DNA from: Amphiscolops sp. MND2022
Lineage: Eukaryota
DNA length: 64,000 nucleotides
NCBI GenBank assembly: GCA_964187785.1
Contig: OZ076412.1
Coordinates: 80,354,001 to 80,418,000, forward strand
Direction: 5' to 3'
The notes beneath the pieces were generated by a model. That model was not told the DNA's origin. It worked only from the letters and a program-made list of their open reading frames with translations, and did not search any database. This document shows, in pieces, positions 25,346 to 39,719 of the stretch; the stretch's first letter is position 1, and the number at the start of each line of letters is the position of its first letter. A program made the translations under genes and the position numbers.

Positions 25346-25519
25346 CAGTGCTAATTGCCTAAAAACAACTCTCTTCGTGACTTTTTCTGAGTTGTGTTTA
25401 GCCAATGTTGTTTTTAGGAAATAGTGCATAATACAAATTTATCAGCCGGTGCATCCACTCAGAGTTGTTATTAAGCAAACATAGCTATTAGAACAAGTGT
25501 TATTATCCAATTAGCACTG
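25346..25519. mobile_element. Tc1/mariner-type MITE
   Basis: TA-CAGTGCTAATTG...CAATTAGCACTG-TA. Confidence 0.7.
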
Positions 25520-28500
25520 TAGTTATATTTTCTTTAGTCCGAGAAGAATTAAAGGCGGTGTAAACTGGTAGTGATTAATTGTGCGCTATACAAATTATTA
25601 AGATATGCTTCTATTTTTGAACATAAAGCCCGAAAGCAGAGATAATACTGTGCCCACAGGAGCCCAATTTTAAGCAATGGGCACCTCCAAATACTTAGTC
25701 ATGTCCAGTGAACGAGTGATTTTCAAAGCCAAATTCGAAGTTCAAAGTGAATCGGCCAAGTTTCACACTACTTTAACCCTCTTTGACCCAAGTTTTTTTG
25801 CGAATTTTCAAAAAATTCGATGAAAAATTTTAAATCATCAATATCTCCACAACTACGGGTACCAGAGAAAAGAACTATAGCACGTTTGAAAGCTCTGGTA
25901 TTGGGCTTTCATTTTGGTCAGGTGAGCCCCTGTCGCCGCGCGCCCCCTCCTTCAGAATTTTAGTTTCTTTTTCCGGTACCGCCGCTTCGCGGCCATTCCG
26001 CACTTCGGGGGCTTGTAGTAACAACAGAATATTACTGGGATCTTTCGGATAGGAGTTGGTTGTGCAAGTGTATGGAGTTGGTTTTTATTATGGGTCAGAT
26101 TTTTTTTGAGAAAACTGGATTTCGCCGGAAACGGAAATTTAGGAAAAAAAGGACCAATTTTGTGCAAAAAAGTCATTTTTCTCAATTTTGGGGACATATT
26201 CATTTTTCCTAATGTTTGTGCCATTCAAACCAATCTAGGTACCAAGGAATTTTTTGAGAAAAAACTATGCTAGAGAATATGGGCTACTGGCAAAACGGAT
26301 TAGAATTTGAAAAAAAAGTTATGTTGCCATATGGCGACGCTGCGTGGATTAGGGTTAAAGGAATCGGTCAACGTTTCGGTTGGTAATGATAGCTATTTGT
26401 AAAGTCGTTCTAAACCTGTTGTTAAACCCCTGCTTACCCTCGTTGAGAAAACAATGCACTTCTTCAACTGTTTGCAAAGTAAATGCTTTACTTCCAAATC
26501 TTGCAAGAAAAGACATTCCCTTGCAAGATTCTTAAAAGATATGCATCATTCACAATGGTTATGATTTACATGTTTAAAATGGCTGAAATTTGCTCGACCT
26601 TTTCTATATATCAAAATAGTTACCATTCGATACTAGATAATTTTGCTAACTTTTTGAATCTAAAGACTGTGCTCTGAGTGAAACGCTTTCGAATGATGCG
26701 TCAGTTTTGAAGTCGATAATGCGTTAAATTTTTAAATTACTACTATGATTGACAAAGTTTCGCACACTAACTGCTATAGCTTTTTCTAAATACTTGTAAA
26801 TGATATCATTAACCTTCGTAAAATCAACTGTTTTCCTATTACAGCTAGCTAACAACTGTGTACGCTGTCGAATTGATGCCTTGTGATTTATGTCTCTCGT
26901 GTAAAGGTTCATACTTGAACCAGAATACACGATATAACAAGCTGGGGCTCAAGTTTGCGCTCCGCTCAGACAAAAACAGCAAGGTCCTTTGAATTTGCTC
27001 GAGGACAATTTTCGAGAAAGCGTCTATGTATCTGACAGGGCTGAACAGTACCCGAATGAGGCATCCTGTGGACAAGGGTGTTGAATATTGTATTGCAATA
27101 TTATTGTCAGCAAAAATAAATAAATCCTATTGTTCAGGAGAGACAATAAATTATTGAACCAATGATTCAGTTATTGTCAAACCGAAAACAATTATTGGCC
27201 AAAATTTTTTTTATAAACCAAAGTTTGACCTTTAATCATTGATTTTGTCAGCCTCTTGGTTTCTTATCTCAGTTTTTACATCCCAGAAAGGCCTCTTTGA
27301 GCGCAAGAACACCTCGGCCTCGAGATTGGTTGGCAACAATTTTTTCTCCGATAATCGGTAAACTCGTATTTCTCATTGGCCAGTGCCTACTAGGATTTCT
27401 GCGCATACACGCAAATTGGCTGCAATAATTGCCTTCAAAAATGAATAACATTACGATAAATATGCCGCAACAAACTAGCAAGATCTTGCTAGTTCGATTA
27501 ACAGCCAATAAAAACTTGTTATTTCTGATACGCGTTACGAGTTTTGCTCGTTACACTGTTTGATTTGGCGTTACGCGTAGTGATCAAAATACAGTAAATG
27601 ACTACTTTACACTCTATACAATTACGTACTTTGACTAGTTTCCACTTCACACACGAATGGAAGCATCGTTTGGAGTTATTTTTACTGACGGTTCAATTGA
27701 ATTTGTATTGCGTTTGCTCAAAAATTAATAAGTGCAATTTATTTCTTGCCAATTATTTTCCCGGCAATTATTATTTTAACACCCTTGCCTGCAGACACGC
27801 AAACGTTTTTTCTCACTGAAAACATTTTTTTAAAGTCCACTTTTGTGGAACAAAACTTCTGGTTTTTTTGAAAAAATCTCGGTGCTGAAAAAAATGATTG
27901 CTAAATGAAAAAAAAGTACTTGCGCGAGATCTGAACTCATGAAGTCCTGCTCACAAGCCAACGACGCTTTTTCCATTGGGTCCAGTGGTTGGCCAAACAT
28001 CAATCTATAAACAGTAGAAACTTCAGAGTGAGCTGCACAAGAACAAGCCGGAAACTGAGGGGTGCCCAAGTCGCCACCCCTCTCAATGTTAAAAAAAGCC
28101 AAGTTTTTTGATATGCAGATAGACAGTATTGTGAACCTTTTATTGCACATGACGAAGTCAATGTGCATTGCAGTCCAGCTAAGTAAATTTTTTTCCACTA
28201 TAGTCAACTGCATAATGAGCGCCTTTTAGAAAAAAGCCAAAACCCCAGAGAGATTCGAACCTGCAGCCTCCCGATTGCACGGCATAAGTGTTGACCACTG
28301 TGCCATAGGGACGTTATTGAACAAAGTTGAACTGTTGAATATATATGCATGCGATTAAAATAATATATATACGCATATTAAATTAATCGATGTCTTCGTC
28401 ATGTGTTGCCAAGCACCGCTTCGCCTCTGTGTCGAATTTACAGCACCAAAAATACTCATGAGACTGGAAAAACGCTTTTACACTAGCTCGAAACATCAAA

Positions 28501-30674
28501 AACCCCATTTTCAAAGAAAATGTCGATTTTTCTTTCCTGGAAAGTCTCAATGCCGAAAAGTTCAAAAGAAGACCCTTCAAGTTCGCAAAACGAGGCAAAA
28601 AAAATTAAAAGTGAAGGGGGTAGGTATCCTTTGACTGAATAAAATTTTTGGAAAAGTCGCAGTGTGCCGAAAAGAAACGTAAGTCTTTTCCACATGTATT
28701 GAGATAACTCTCATCAGTCTCACAGGATCTAAAAATAACCAAAAATGGCATCTTTAAGACTTGAACTGTTTTCCTTAACCGAAAACTTGAAAATTCAGGA
28801 AAATGTCTTTGATAAGTAGCAAATTCCCAAAAAATCCTAAGGTGGCTCTTTGCTCGGAAAATGATTTGTTTCTGCTAAAAGTCAAAGGGGGTACGTTGAA
28901 AAACCTTCAGACAAAAAGTTGCAGTGTCGAGGAAATCCCGAAGGAGGGACCGTTTGGCCTGCCTCTACTTTTGCAAGCATTAAAAATTGTTAAGTGCGAG
29001 ACTCAAACCCACGTATTTCTGCTTCTCAGACCTCGAAAAATCCGGATCAACCTCTGCCAAGTGGCAGTTGAAGATACAAGTTACTAAGTAACAACTTAGA
29101 GAAACTTATAAAATCTGTCAGTTCAGCAGTCTTAAGAAAATCACTGCTGTGGTCGGGTTTTTTCACTGTGGGGGTTGAAAAGCGCGGCTAAAAACCTTAC
29201 CATTGTATTCTCTGTATTATGTAATTTCTGATGTCCCCAGTACTGTCAGGGTCTAACAAGACGGGAACGTCTAAAGTCGGCGCTACATCTAAGGCTTAAA
29301 AAGGGCATAGCTTTCAAAATTGTAAAAGCGGGGATCTTTAGGCTTTTTGAAAGTCCAGTTTGTTGCAAAATATCGAAAAATTGAAGGGACCCTCTGGAGA
29401 CAAAAGAATTTTTAAAAAATCGCACTGTGCCGAAACAAATTCAAAGGGGAGACACTAATTCCCGTCCGGTTTTGTATCTTACGTTAAAAATTGAGTACAC
29501 GAAAGGGGAACCCTTTGCGCTAACTTAGATGCGTTTCCGCTTGCCAGTCCAGTCGTTTAGTAGTTTTGTAGAAAAAGTTTCCACTACGCATACATTTCTG
29601 TCTGACGAAAAAAACTAGTCACTGTAATAGTCGAACTTTTTTCCTTTTAAAGGAAAAGGCCCTGACTAGAAATGAACATTACGTTGTTGGTCTCCTTTGA
29701 TTGTGTAATTCGCGGCGCTTTTGCCTGTTAACCATCCCAATAGCCAAATTCTGAACCAGAAATGTCAGAAATTCGGCAAAAATCAGGAAATTTGCAATGC
29801 CAACATCACAAAACATGGAAAACCTAATCTCTATGTGATTGTCTTTGTTCAATATTTTCATATTGCTTCTTTCTAATTAGACTCTAACATTGAATTGATA
29901 ACATTTCAAGCTCAATTCACTCTGAACCACAATGTCAACCCCCCCTGTCATTGAATACTGAGCCAGAAAAATGGCGAAACCCCCCCCCCCCCAACACTTT
30001 CTAATTTTAACTGAATCTAACTTTAAATTTTATGATTTCTATTTTTGTTTCAGAGCCTGCATGTCGATTCATACATTTCCAGAATTTGCATCGTTTCATT
30101 ATTTTCCCTAATTTATGCAGTATTAGTGGCAGCTAATAGCCAATGAACGAATTACGTGGTTGAGTTCGAATAAAAGTAGAAAATGACGATATTTGTCATG
30201 AAAACAAGTGGAGATGAAATGTTTTGAACAGTCGTCGTCTTTAATTGACTCGATTTGCTGTCGATCACGGCAAAATGCCTGTTTAAACATTGCATCTATA
30301 GTCATGCCATGGTATGTAATGCCAACAACAACGGTTATACTCTGGGTTGATGCCTTTACTAGTTTCTCCCCTACTAACACCATTGGTTTGAACACCCAAC
30401 GCATTCTACCATCTTTTGGTTATTCGCTCTATAACTATTTCCTGCTCTTGAAACTAATAAAACTGACAAATCTTCAGAACTACATCACCAATACCTTACT
30501 GAATAATCCCGCAAACCACAAAAACAACCCAACCACTTTCTCCTCAGATCTTTGTTCAGTGGCGGCAAATTCCAACCCAAATTACCGCCATTTCTCTTCT
30601 CACCCTAGAGTGTACGTCATCTTGCAAAACTTGTTTCATCTTGTCGGCACCGTGGTGGTGGTGTATAAAGAAGC

Positions 30675-31250
30675 ATGGAGGCTGGGGTCACCAAAGAGAT
30701 CAACCCCCCTGAGAGATTCGCCAGTCATCCCAATTTATCGGTGCCGCCGGAATCCGCATCGCGAGGCGGTGACGCATCATCTGGTGGAACCGAATTAGAA
30801 TACGAGTCATCGGAACAGGAGGAACTGTATTTTTCGACATCTACCGCTGGTGGCTATCTATCTGACGATCATCCAGACAATTCGCCAGTTCCAGATTCTG
30901 ACGATATCGTCTCCAGTTGCAACCTTGAACACCAATCATTGCCCGACACCACCACCGCAACTTCGTTCAGTTCAGCCAATCAAGTTCGTCGATCTCAGAG
31001 CAAACTTTCAGTGCACGATCCCACTTCAAACAAACAGCTGTCGCCGACCCAAGCGGCCTATCTGAAACGAGATAAGAGTTGGAGTGCTTCGGCTGCCTCC
31101 AGTACTCCCAACATAAACTATTCTGGAACTACTCAGAGCACCCAGCAAACAACAGATACCAACAGGCTTGTAGATCTCTCACAGTCCAGTGCTACGTTTG
31201 AATTTGAAATTTCATTTGAGTTGCTCAGCAAAATTAATATGCTGCTCGCG
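30675..31250 (+). CDS. Probable first coding exon of PIKfyve/Fab1 (Ser/Thr-rich, disordered); 3' boundary uncertain
   Basis: Long GC-richer ORF, ATG preceded by an in-frame stop, phase-0 donor candidate GCG|GTAATT matching the next exon. Confidence 0.5.
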
Positions 31251-33872
31251 GTAATTATCTTGATGAAGTGACATTCGCCCGAAATGCCAAATTGGTAATG
31301 CCCGTTTTGTTTTGGTAACACTGCGGTCAACGAGACTGTGTGATTTATAAAGTCTTCACTTTGGTTCGAGTCTCCAATAAAAAGGTTTGGTTTTTAGTCG
31401 GCGTTTTTGGAAAAGTGGCTACTAGTTTTGGACTTACAGTGGCTAGTTTTTTTTTCGTCAGTTCAAAGCGTTCGGACCACTTTTTGTGCCTTGTGCACGT
31501 TTACCATAGGTACTTAGTACTTCATTTTCAACGCATCCAAAGCCTCTAATATGAGATAAAAAGCCATTCCAAAGCTTTTTTTCGACACTATGAGACTTTC
31601 CCCCTTTTTTCGGCACTGTGAGACTGTTCAAATTTCTCATTTTTTCCGAAGTTTCTTATTGCTCCAAAGGGTCCCCATCAATTTTGATATTTTGCAGCAG
31701 AATGGATGTTCCCTCTTTTACATTTTTCGGCACTATGCGACTTACCGGAGACTTCAAAAAAATTCGGAAAATTTTTTCCTCAATTTTTAGTTTTTTGAGA
31801 GCTTTTGTTGTCTCCAGTTGTAGAAAAGTGGTTTTCGAGTCTTATTGAGCCTTAGATTTGGCGCCGACTTGGACCGTTCCCGGCTTGTTACTTCTTTCCT
31901 TGACAAGTCCATAGATCTTCAGAATTTATCGGAAGCTTCAACTGCGTGTGGACGGTCTAATGTTTACAAATTGGTTGTGTATTACCGTTTCAACAAAATC
32001 ATCTTGATTATCTTAGTACTTGATTTTGAACGCATCCAAAGCCTCTAACATGAAATACAAAACCATTCCAAAGCAGAAGGAGCGCCTTTTCTACTTTTTC
32101 GGCACTGTGAGTCTTCTCATTTTTTTCGGCTTTGTGAGACTTTTTTCGAAAAATTTTTAATGCCTCCAAAGAGTTTCTGTTCAAAATTTTTGATATATGG
32201 CAACAAACTGGGTTTTCAAAAAGCCCAAGGGGTTCCCCTTTTATAATTTTCGGCTCTGAGATTTTCCAAAATGAATATTTTTTCTCTTAAAAAGTTTTCT
32301 CAGTGGCCCAGTACGCTGTATCCAAACTTGTGACTTTATATCCGAAGTTAGTTGCGTTTCATTAAAGAAATTATCAAAAATATTGCGTTATGTCCGAATT
32401 TTTGACGTTGTATCCTAAGTTTATTGCATTTTACTAATGAGGAAGCGGAGGTTCGGAAAAAAATGCGATATATCCGAATTTTGACTTTATATCCGTAGTG
32501 AATAGCGTTTTACTAAAGTGGAGGCCGAGTTTCGAAAAAAAGCATTACCATGTCGACCAGCACGCTATATTCAAACGTTTGACGTTACATTCGAAGTGAA
32601 TTTCGTTCTACTAAAGAGGAGGCGGAGGTTGCGCTAGATCTCCGAATTGTTTTTTAGGACCGGCGTTTTTTTCGGTAGTAAGCGACTTTTTTCTAGTTTG
32701 TTTTCATCAAAGCCCCTTTTCGATTTTTACTAGAAACCAAAAGTTCTGCGAGCACAGGGACTCCTTAGGGTTTTCGGCACTATGCGACTTACCGGAGACA
32801 TTTTTTGAAAAAAAAATCGAAAAAATTTTTTCCTCAATTTTCCTGTTTTTGAGAGGTTTTCTGTGAAGCAAAATGAGTATCCCCTGGGGAAATTTTTGGC
32901 ACTGTAAAATTGATGAAAGTTTAACAATAGTGTCCTTTTGCATTTTTAAAAAACTTTGCTTTTTTAAACCTTAAGCGTGGCGCCGACTTTGGCCGTTCCA
33001 GGCTTGTTATTTGTCGCCATATACCAAATTACATTTTCCAAACAGGGACCTCTTATATTCTGTAATGCTTCCGATACCACGATTTAGCTTTGTCAGAAGT
33101 ATTTGATTTTTATTAGTCGGCGTTTTCGAAGAAAATCCCGACTCTTACAGTGGCTAGTTTTTTTTCGTCAGTTCAACGCGATCGGTCCACTTTTTGTGCA
33201 TTAAGCACTTCTACCATTTCAACGCATCCGAAGCTTCTAACATGAGATAAAAAGCCATTCCAAAGCATCAGGGTCCCCCTTTCCACTTTTTTCGACACTA
33301 TGAGACTTTCTCCCTTTTTTCGGCACTGTGAGACTGTTCAAATTTCTCATTTTTTTCCGAAATTTTTTTCTTGCTCCAAAGGATTCCCCCCATCAATTTT
33401 TTGATATTTTGAAACAGAATTGATATTCAAAAACCCCAAAGGGTCCCCCTTTTACATTTTTCGGCACTATGCGACTTACCGCAGACTTAAAAAAATCGGA
33501 ATTTTTTTTCCTCAATTTTTAGTTTTTTGAGAGCTTTTGTTGTCTCCAGTTGTAGAAAAAGTGCTTCTGGAGTCTTATTGAGCCTTAAATATGGCGGCGA
33601 CTTGGGCCGTTCCCGGCTTGTTATCAATAGTTCTGATTCAACGCGAACATTATTGGCGGTAAAAAATACACCTCATTGGCTATTTTTGATTAGACCGAGC
33701 GATAAAAATGAAGGGGTATCTGACCTTCGGAGCATTCATTATGCACTAGGGTTACCGAAAAGACTCGAATTCGCGTGTTATACCTTGAGCACGTTATAAC
33801 TTAGAAGCGTGTTATCTACAATCCTGTCTACTATGTTGAAGTAAAAAGTTTTCGTCTCCTCCTCACAAGCAG

Positions 33873-34080
33873 AGTGTGTGGAGCCAGATCAGACCGAAGA
33901 AGCTAGTGAAGACCAGACCCCGCTCCAAATCCATCCTCCCCCAGAGCAGAGGCGGCACTTTCTCACCAGGAGGGGGCGCCATGTCCTCGGACGAGGAACA
34001 CCCGCCCCATTTGGTGTATGAGTCATTCCCCGAGTACAAGGAAGAAACCCCCGAGAGTGGATTGCCTACTCTCATCGGAG
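33873..34080 (+). CDS. PIKFYVE: PIKfyve exon (phase 0 to 1)
   Basis: Acceptor agcag|, donor G|GTTAGC; GC-rich, in phase with the next exon. Confidence 0.65.
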
Positions 34081-34727
34081 GTTAGCTCTTCTCACAATCT
34101 TTCATAAAAAACGCAGAATTTCCTCACATTATGATAAAATACAAAAAAAATCACATATACGAGGGCAGTGTAAAAATTTAAATTTGAAGTGAAAATGATA
34201 ATTATCGTAAATTAATTATTATTTAAACCGATGTTTGGTATCAAATTCAATCGGATTTTGAAAAGATATCGCATTTTTTAGGAGTCGGAAAATTTTTCAG
34301 CTACTTATGCACTCCTACCTTTTTTCCTCCTGGCCTTTCAATGAAAATTTCAAATTTCTCAAAAACTGTTCATACGATATTTATAAAATTTGGCGGTCAT
34401 TCTACACCCAAAGGTGCACCCAAAAGTCCGATTTTCTCAAAGGCTGTCTATACAATTCGAACAATTTTTAAAGTCATTCTACATCATAATAGGCTCCTCT
34501 GTGTGGAATGACATCAAAATCGTAAAACTGGGATCAGAGAAACATAGCCGAAAATGTCCAAACATTCTGAAGAGAATCCTACGACAATAAAGTACGTTCT
34601 TTGTTTTTCAAATTTCAATCCGTTTCCGGTTCCTTTACCCAATATGTGGTTTTATTACGCGCGGCCCTTTTGTTTATTCTTTCCTTATAATTTTTTTTCC
34701 TTCGTGTGGACCCTTGTCAACATTTAG

Positions 34728-35040
34728 AGCTGAAACGAAAATTCAATGGTGCAGTATCCCGCAAAGACGAGCATTCGGTTACCTCCCAAACAGACGAGGA
34801 ATCCCCTAGACTGGGGGGAGGAGGGTTCAGAAAGGGCACAGACAGTAACCTTGAGTCTACTGAATCCTTACCGACCGTAGCCACCGTCGAAGATGGCAGA
34901 GAGCGCAAAGTGACGATCGATTCCACGGTTTCCCTGGCCGACTTGAATCCCGTGGAACACTCTGAGGCCAACAAAACCAGAATCATTCTCAGATACAACC
35001 TGCTGAAGCGAAGAATGAAAAACAAAGAGCATCTTCAGAG
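34728..35040 (+). CDS. PIKFYVE: PIKfyve exon (phase 1 to 2)
   Basis: Acceptor tttag|, donor AG|GTAATA; splices to give ...HLQR-YWMPD, as in PIKfyve LKQYWMPD. Confidence 0.75.
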
Positions 35041-36512
35041 GTAATAACTCAGGCAACAGTCAAGCCCATTTCATTGCGACACCCCCTGATTATGAATTTT
35101 ATTGTTGTGTCAAGGAAGTTAAAAGCCTGTTTTCGAGGACATCACCTTTCCGGTGAAGTTCAATTAAATTATCAGAAACGTTTGACGTTATACTGTACAA
35201 ACAAGTTTCAGTTCCGTCACTTATTTCGGTCTTGCAGAAAGAGTGGTGTCAAAAAACAGCTAGAGTACTTTGATTCAGAAATCATCACCGGGGCGATTTT
35301 AGACTTGATGTTCTCGAAATTTTGGAAAACATCAAAAGTGAAAGGTTCTTAGAATTTCATATTACATCGGTTTACATCAGTATTTTTAGTCGGCGCTTCA
35401 TGAAGTGAAACGCAACTATTATAGTGACTTTTTTAAATCCACACGAACTGACCAAAATAGTTCTTCAAAGTTCTACAAAATTTTATGGTCCCAAATTGAA
35501 TCATTTGGCCTTGCGAACTAAACCAAAAAGGTTTTCCTCTTTTTCCGCGTAACATACCATACCGGGAGAGAAAGAGGTCCCCTTTCAGTTTTTTTGGCAT
35601 TGTGAGACTTTTTTTTCGAAAAAACAATTTTCCCCAAAGGGTCCCTCTTCAAATTTTTGATGTTTTGCAACAATGGATGTTAAAAAATGCGAAAGGATCC
35701 CCCTTTTAGCGCGCCAGTTCCCATTTATTAAGATGAGAAATCAAGTTTTTGCGGTGAAAAACTGCAGTTTTTTTCATTTAGAATGTTTTTACAACATACC
35801 ACTGGATTCTAGACAATCTGCAGAATCCAATTAATTTCAAGTTTTCAGAAAAAAAAACCTGCTCAAAACTGGGAAAATATCTGAAGGGTTCATTTTTTGC
35901 TCTTTTTGAGCCCCACGCGGGCCGCCGACTCATGCCGTTCCTGGCTTTTTTGGTGCCACAATGGAGTCTTATTTAATGTGAGGTGCAATGTATCAGTGTG
36001 AACTGGGCCCCTGGCGCGCTAAAAGGGAGACCGTTTAACGACATCGAAAACTTTTCGAAAAAAGTCTCACAATGCCAAAAAACTGAAAGGGAGACCCTTT
36101 AGTCTCGCCTGGTATTGTATGTTATGCTGGAAAAAGTAACAATTTTTATATTTCAGTTCCTTGTGCCATATGGCACTGGCACGAACTTGACACCTTAGAA
36201 TTTCGTAGAACTACTTTGGACAGTTCGTTGAAAAAAAGTTGGTTGATAAAAAGTCACTAGTATAGTCGCGTTTAACATCATGAGGCGCCGACTAAAAGTT
36301 AGATAAGTACTGCTGAAGAGATTAACCAACCTTGGGAGTGTTTGGGTTCATCAAATGTGTGGAACTCCATTGGTTCGCGACTGTCCTGGTGGTCGTCGTC
36401 TCCCAGTTTTCCCTTGAGGAAGCAGTTTTCCTTCAGAAGGCGCTTTTGTCTGTTCACGCATACTTGATGTGGAGTACAACGTGTCAGTGTGAGTTGGGCA
36501 CTGTGTGTTTAG

Positions 36513-36771
36513 GTACTGGATGCCGGACAACACCAGTTCGGAGTGCTACAACTGTCTGAGGCCGTTCACCAAGATCCGCCGACGTCACCACTGCAGGATC
36601 TGTGGCAATATCTTCTGCAATAACTGCTGCAGCAACTACCTCTCTCTCGTCATCGGCGTCGATGTGGCCAAGAAACTCACCGAGCGTACTTGCAACTTCT
36701 GCCGCGAGACTGCCGAGGACTTCTGTTCGCCCAACAACTTGCCTACGACTACTGATAACCACCCTCTACAG
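36513..36771 (+). CDS. PIKFYVE: PIKfyve FYVE-domain exon
   Basis: YWMPD...CYNC...RRRHHCRICG.IFC..CC...RTC..C: WxxD, RRHHCR, RxC and eight Cys. Confidence 0.9.
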
Positions 36772-36782
36772 GTACACAAATA

Positions 36783-36958
36783 CCGTATTCCTTCGAATAT
36801 AGGCCGCCCCCGAATATAGGCCGCCCCCGATTAGAAGCCGCATTAAGCCTGAAAATTTTATCTTGAAAGATATAGCTTACCATAATTTTTCGGATATAGG
36901 CCGCAAGATCACTACGGAAAAAACTTACAAGCCGCGGCCTGTATTCGAAGAAATACGG
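36783..36958. mobile_element. pogo/Tigger-like MITE
   Basis: TA-CCGTATT.CTTCGAATA.AGGCCGC ... GCGGCCT.TATTCGAAG.AATACGG-TA. Confidence 0.75.
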
Positions 36959-37576
36959 TAAGAGTTTTGATATCGCTAATTTTTTTGCTGAATCGCTAAT
37001 TTCAAAATCGCTATTTCGCTGAGCAACTTTTGCTTCAAACTATATATAAAGTGTTTGACTTCAAGTATGTTTCAAAATTCAATGATAGCCCAATTCAACT
37101 TTTGCTAGAAAATTCCTCATACTGTGTGAGTTTAACAAGTGTAAGAGTTGGAATTTTTCAAATTTCATTTTGAAACTGTGTATTTTCTGAGGAATTTTAA
37201 ATTTGAACAACCTATTAATTGCCGCTAATTTGAATCGGTAATAAAATTGCTGAAAAATTCTGCGCTGTCGCTACCTCGCTAAATCGCTGATTAGCGGTGT
37301 CAAAACTCTGATATAAGTGGTCTTGCAACTTGCATTATGACGCCAATCGGGAAAAACAGTGACCGCAACAAATATGTTGTAGTCTTATGTGGATTCTTCA
37401 ACTGTATTGTAAAGCATGTGTGTTCCATATAACCAGCAGTTCTTAGTCCAAAAAGTAAGATCATGTATGTCACGCTTTTTGTTCCGTGAAAACCGAGATT
37501 TACCGAGTTTCACTGTCTCAGTAGACTGCGCTTTTGTCGCCTTAAACTCAAACACTGTGTGTGATGTGTTTTGCAG

Positions 37577-37930
37577 CTCATCTCTGGTCTGAAGAGCAGC
37601 TCGTCGAGCACCGGGCTTCCGTTCAGTGCCACTGCTGCCGCGTTGAAGGCGCCAGACGTGCCCAGCTGGGTGAAGAAGCTGTCTCTGATTGGTCGATCCG
37701 AGAGCTACAACCCGAACCAGACAGAAGAAATGCAACGGGAGAAACTGCTGCAAGACTGTCTGGTCGATCTGGAACGCATCTGGCAGGAAATGATGGAGAG
37801 TGTGAAGAAGTTGCCGTTTGTGAAAGTCAGGTACCGGCTGAGGACTTACACGGACTGCATGTCTGGCAAGGCTATCGTGGAGTGGCTGAGACAGAATGAA
37901 AAGATCAGCGGAGGTGAAGCCGATCTTCAA
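37577..37930 (+). CDS. PIKFYVE: PIKfyve DEP-domain exon (N-terminal half)
   Basis: LERIWQEM...RYRLRTYTDCMSGKAIVEWL is DEP-like; canonical splice sites, phase 0/0. Confidence 0.85.
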
Positions 37931-38675
37931 GTTAGTTCGATTACCAGAACTTTCGTCGTCAGAATATTCATTCATATTTTGAAATCTATGAGTAATTTTT
38001 AAACGTATTGTTACGGTGAATCATTTAAACCGCCGCCGTCGTCAGAAATTTCGTCGTCGGTGATTACGTTCTATAAAACGTCGCATTTTCTCTTATCAAT
38101 CTATCAGGAATCGTCTTGTTATTGAGTCTGAGTAATTATCGATTCTGGTTAATCATCTTAATAATTATCGATGAATGGCAATTATTGCTATCATTGACTA
38201 CTTTTAGTTATGGTTTTGAGAGAAAAAGTTCCGGACCATATTCCTTAAACCGAACAACCCCCCCCCCCCAGATGCATCTTGAGTTGATTGAATGCAATTA
38301 ACTTTTCGACTCAATTTTGGTGTCAAAAAGAAACTTGTTCTCAAGATCTCGTTTTAATAATTAAATAATTGAACATTTCAAACGATATCTTATCGTGGAC
38401 GCTGTTAATTCGAATCAATGCGACGAAATTTCTGGATTTGCTAATACGACGAAATTTCCGCCTCCCGTTAGTTCATCACGGTATGCGGAAAACTCGTCAA
38501 ATGCAACTCGAAATTAAAAGGCGGAAAACTGGTCGAAAATAAACTTGTCGGATAATAATTGAGTGTAAAATCGTCGAATAATTACATATTACCCATTGGC
38601 ACTACCCACTGCTAATTATGGATTAATTTTGCATTAATTGATGAGTGAAATTTTCAGTTTCAGGCACAATATAGC

Positions 38676-39490
38676 TTTTTAGGAGTCGGAAAAAATTTTC
38701 GACTACTTATGCAATCGTGTTGTTTTTTTTTCTCCCGACCTTTTCATGAAAATTTCCAATTTCTCAAAAACTATCCATACGATTTTCACGCAATTTTGCA
38801 CAGTCATTCTACACCCAAAGGGGCCCCTGCGTGTGCAAAGGCATCAAAATCGTATGGCTGGGATGTGAGAAACATAGCCAAAATTAGCCCAAAAATGGCC
38901 AAAAAACAGCCATTTTTCGACTTTTTTCGATTTTCTCAAAAACTGTCCATACGATTCGAACGAAATTTTCTACAGTTATTCTACACCATATTAGAGTCCT
39001 ATATGTGCAATGGCATCAAAATCGTATGGCTGGGATAAGAGAAACATAGCCAAAATTAGCCCAAAAATGGCCAAAAAACAGCCATTTTTCGACTTTTTTT
39101 CGATTTTCTCAAAAACTGTCCATACGATTCGAACGAAATTTTCTACAGATATTCTACACCATATTAGAGTCCTATATGTGCAATGGCATCAAAATCGTAA
39201 GGCTGGGATGTGAGAAACATAGCCAAAATTAGCCCAAAAATGGCCAAAAACAGCCATTTTTCGTTTTTTTTCGATTTTCTCAAAAACTGTCCATACGATT
39301 CGAACGAAATTTTCTACAGATATTCTACACCATATTAGAGTCCTATATGTGCAATGGCATCAAAATCGTATGGCTGGGATGTGAGAAACATAGCCAAAAT
39401 TAGCCCAAAAATGGTCAAAAAAGGGCCATTTTTCGACTTCAGAAAAAAAGACCTAAGCCGACTCCTTTACCGCACATGCGGCTCTGGTTT
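38676..39490. mobile_element. Family B Helentron-type element with internal ~172-bp tandem repeat (~3.5 units)
   Basis: GGCATCAAAATCG recurs at about 38840, 39012, 39185 and 39356; same termini as 15705-16131. Confidence 0.8.
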
Positions 39491-39719
39491 AGTTTTATAA
39501 TGTTTCACTTTTATAATTTACGGTGTAGTACCTTACAATAATTTAGAACTTCATAACACAGTACGATCACAAAATTAGCACTATATTTGAGATTTTTTTC
39601 TGTTCTTGCGACGAGTTTTTTGCCTAATGTTTTTGACCAGTTGTTTTTGACGAGTTCCACTAGTTTCGTTCATAACACCATACCTACATTATATCTTCAA
39701 TTGTTGTTTTTCGCCTATA

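Noticed and set aside
25777..26354. piggyBac-like element (TTAA-CCCT...AGGG-TTAA)
   Set aside because: The terminal match is only 4 bp; it could be a composite or chance.
26724..27508. Possible minus-strand gene with a signal-anchor-like segment
   Set aside because: Non-ATG starts, no recognisable domain, and no consistent splice chain.
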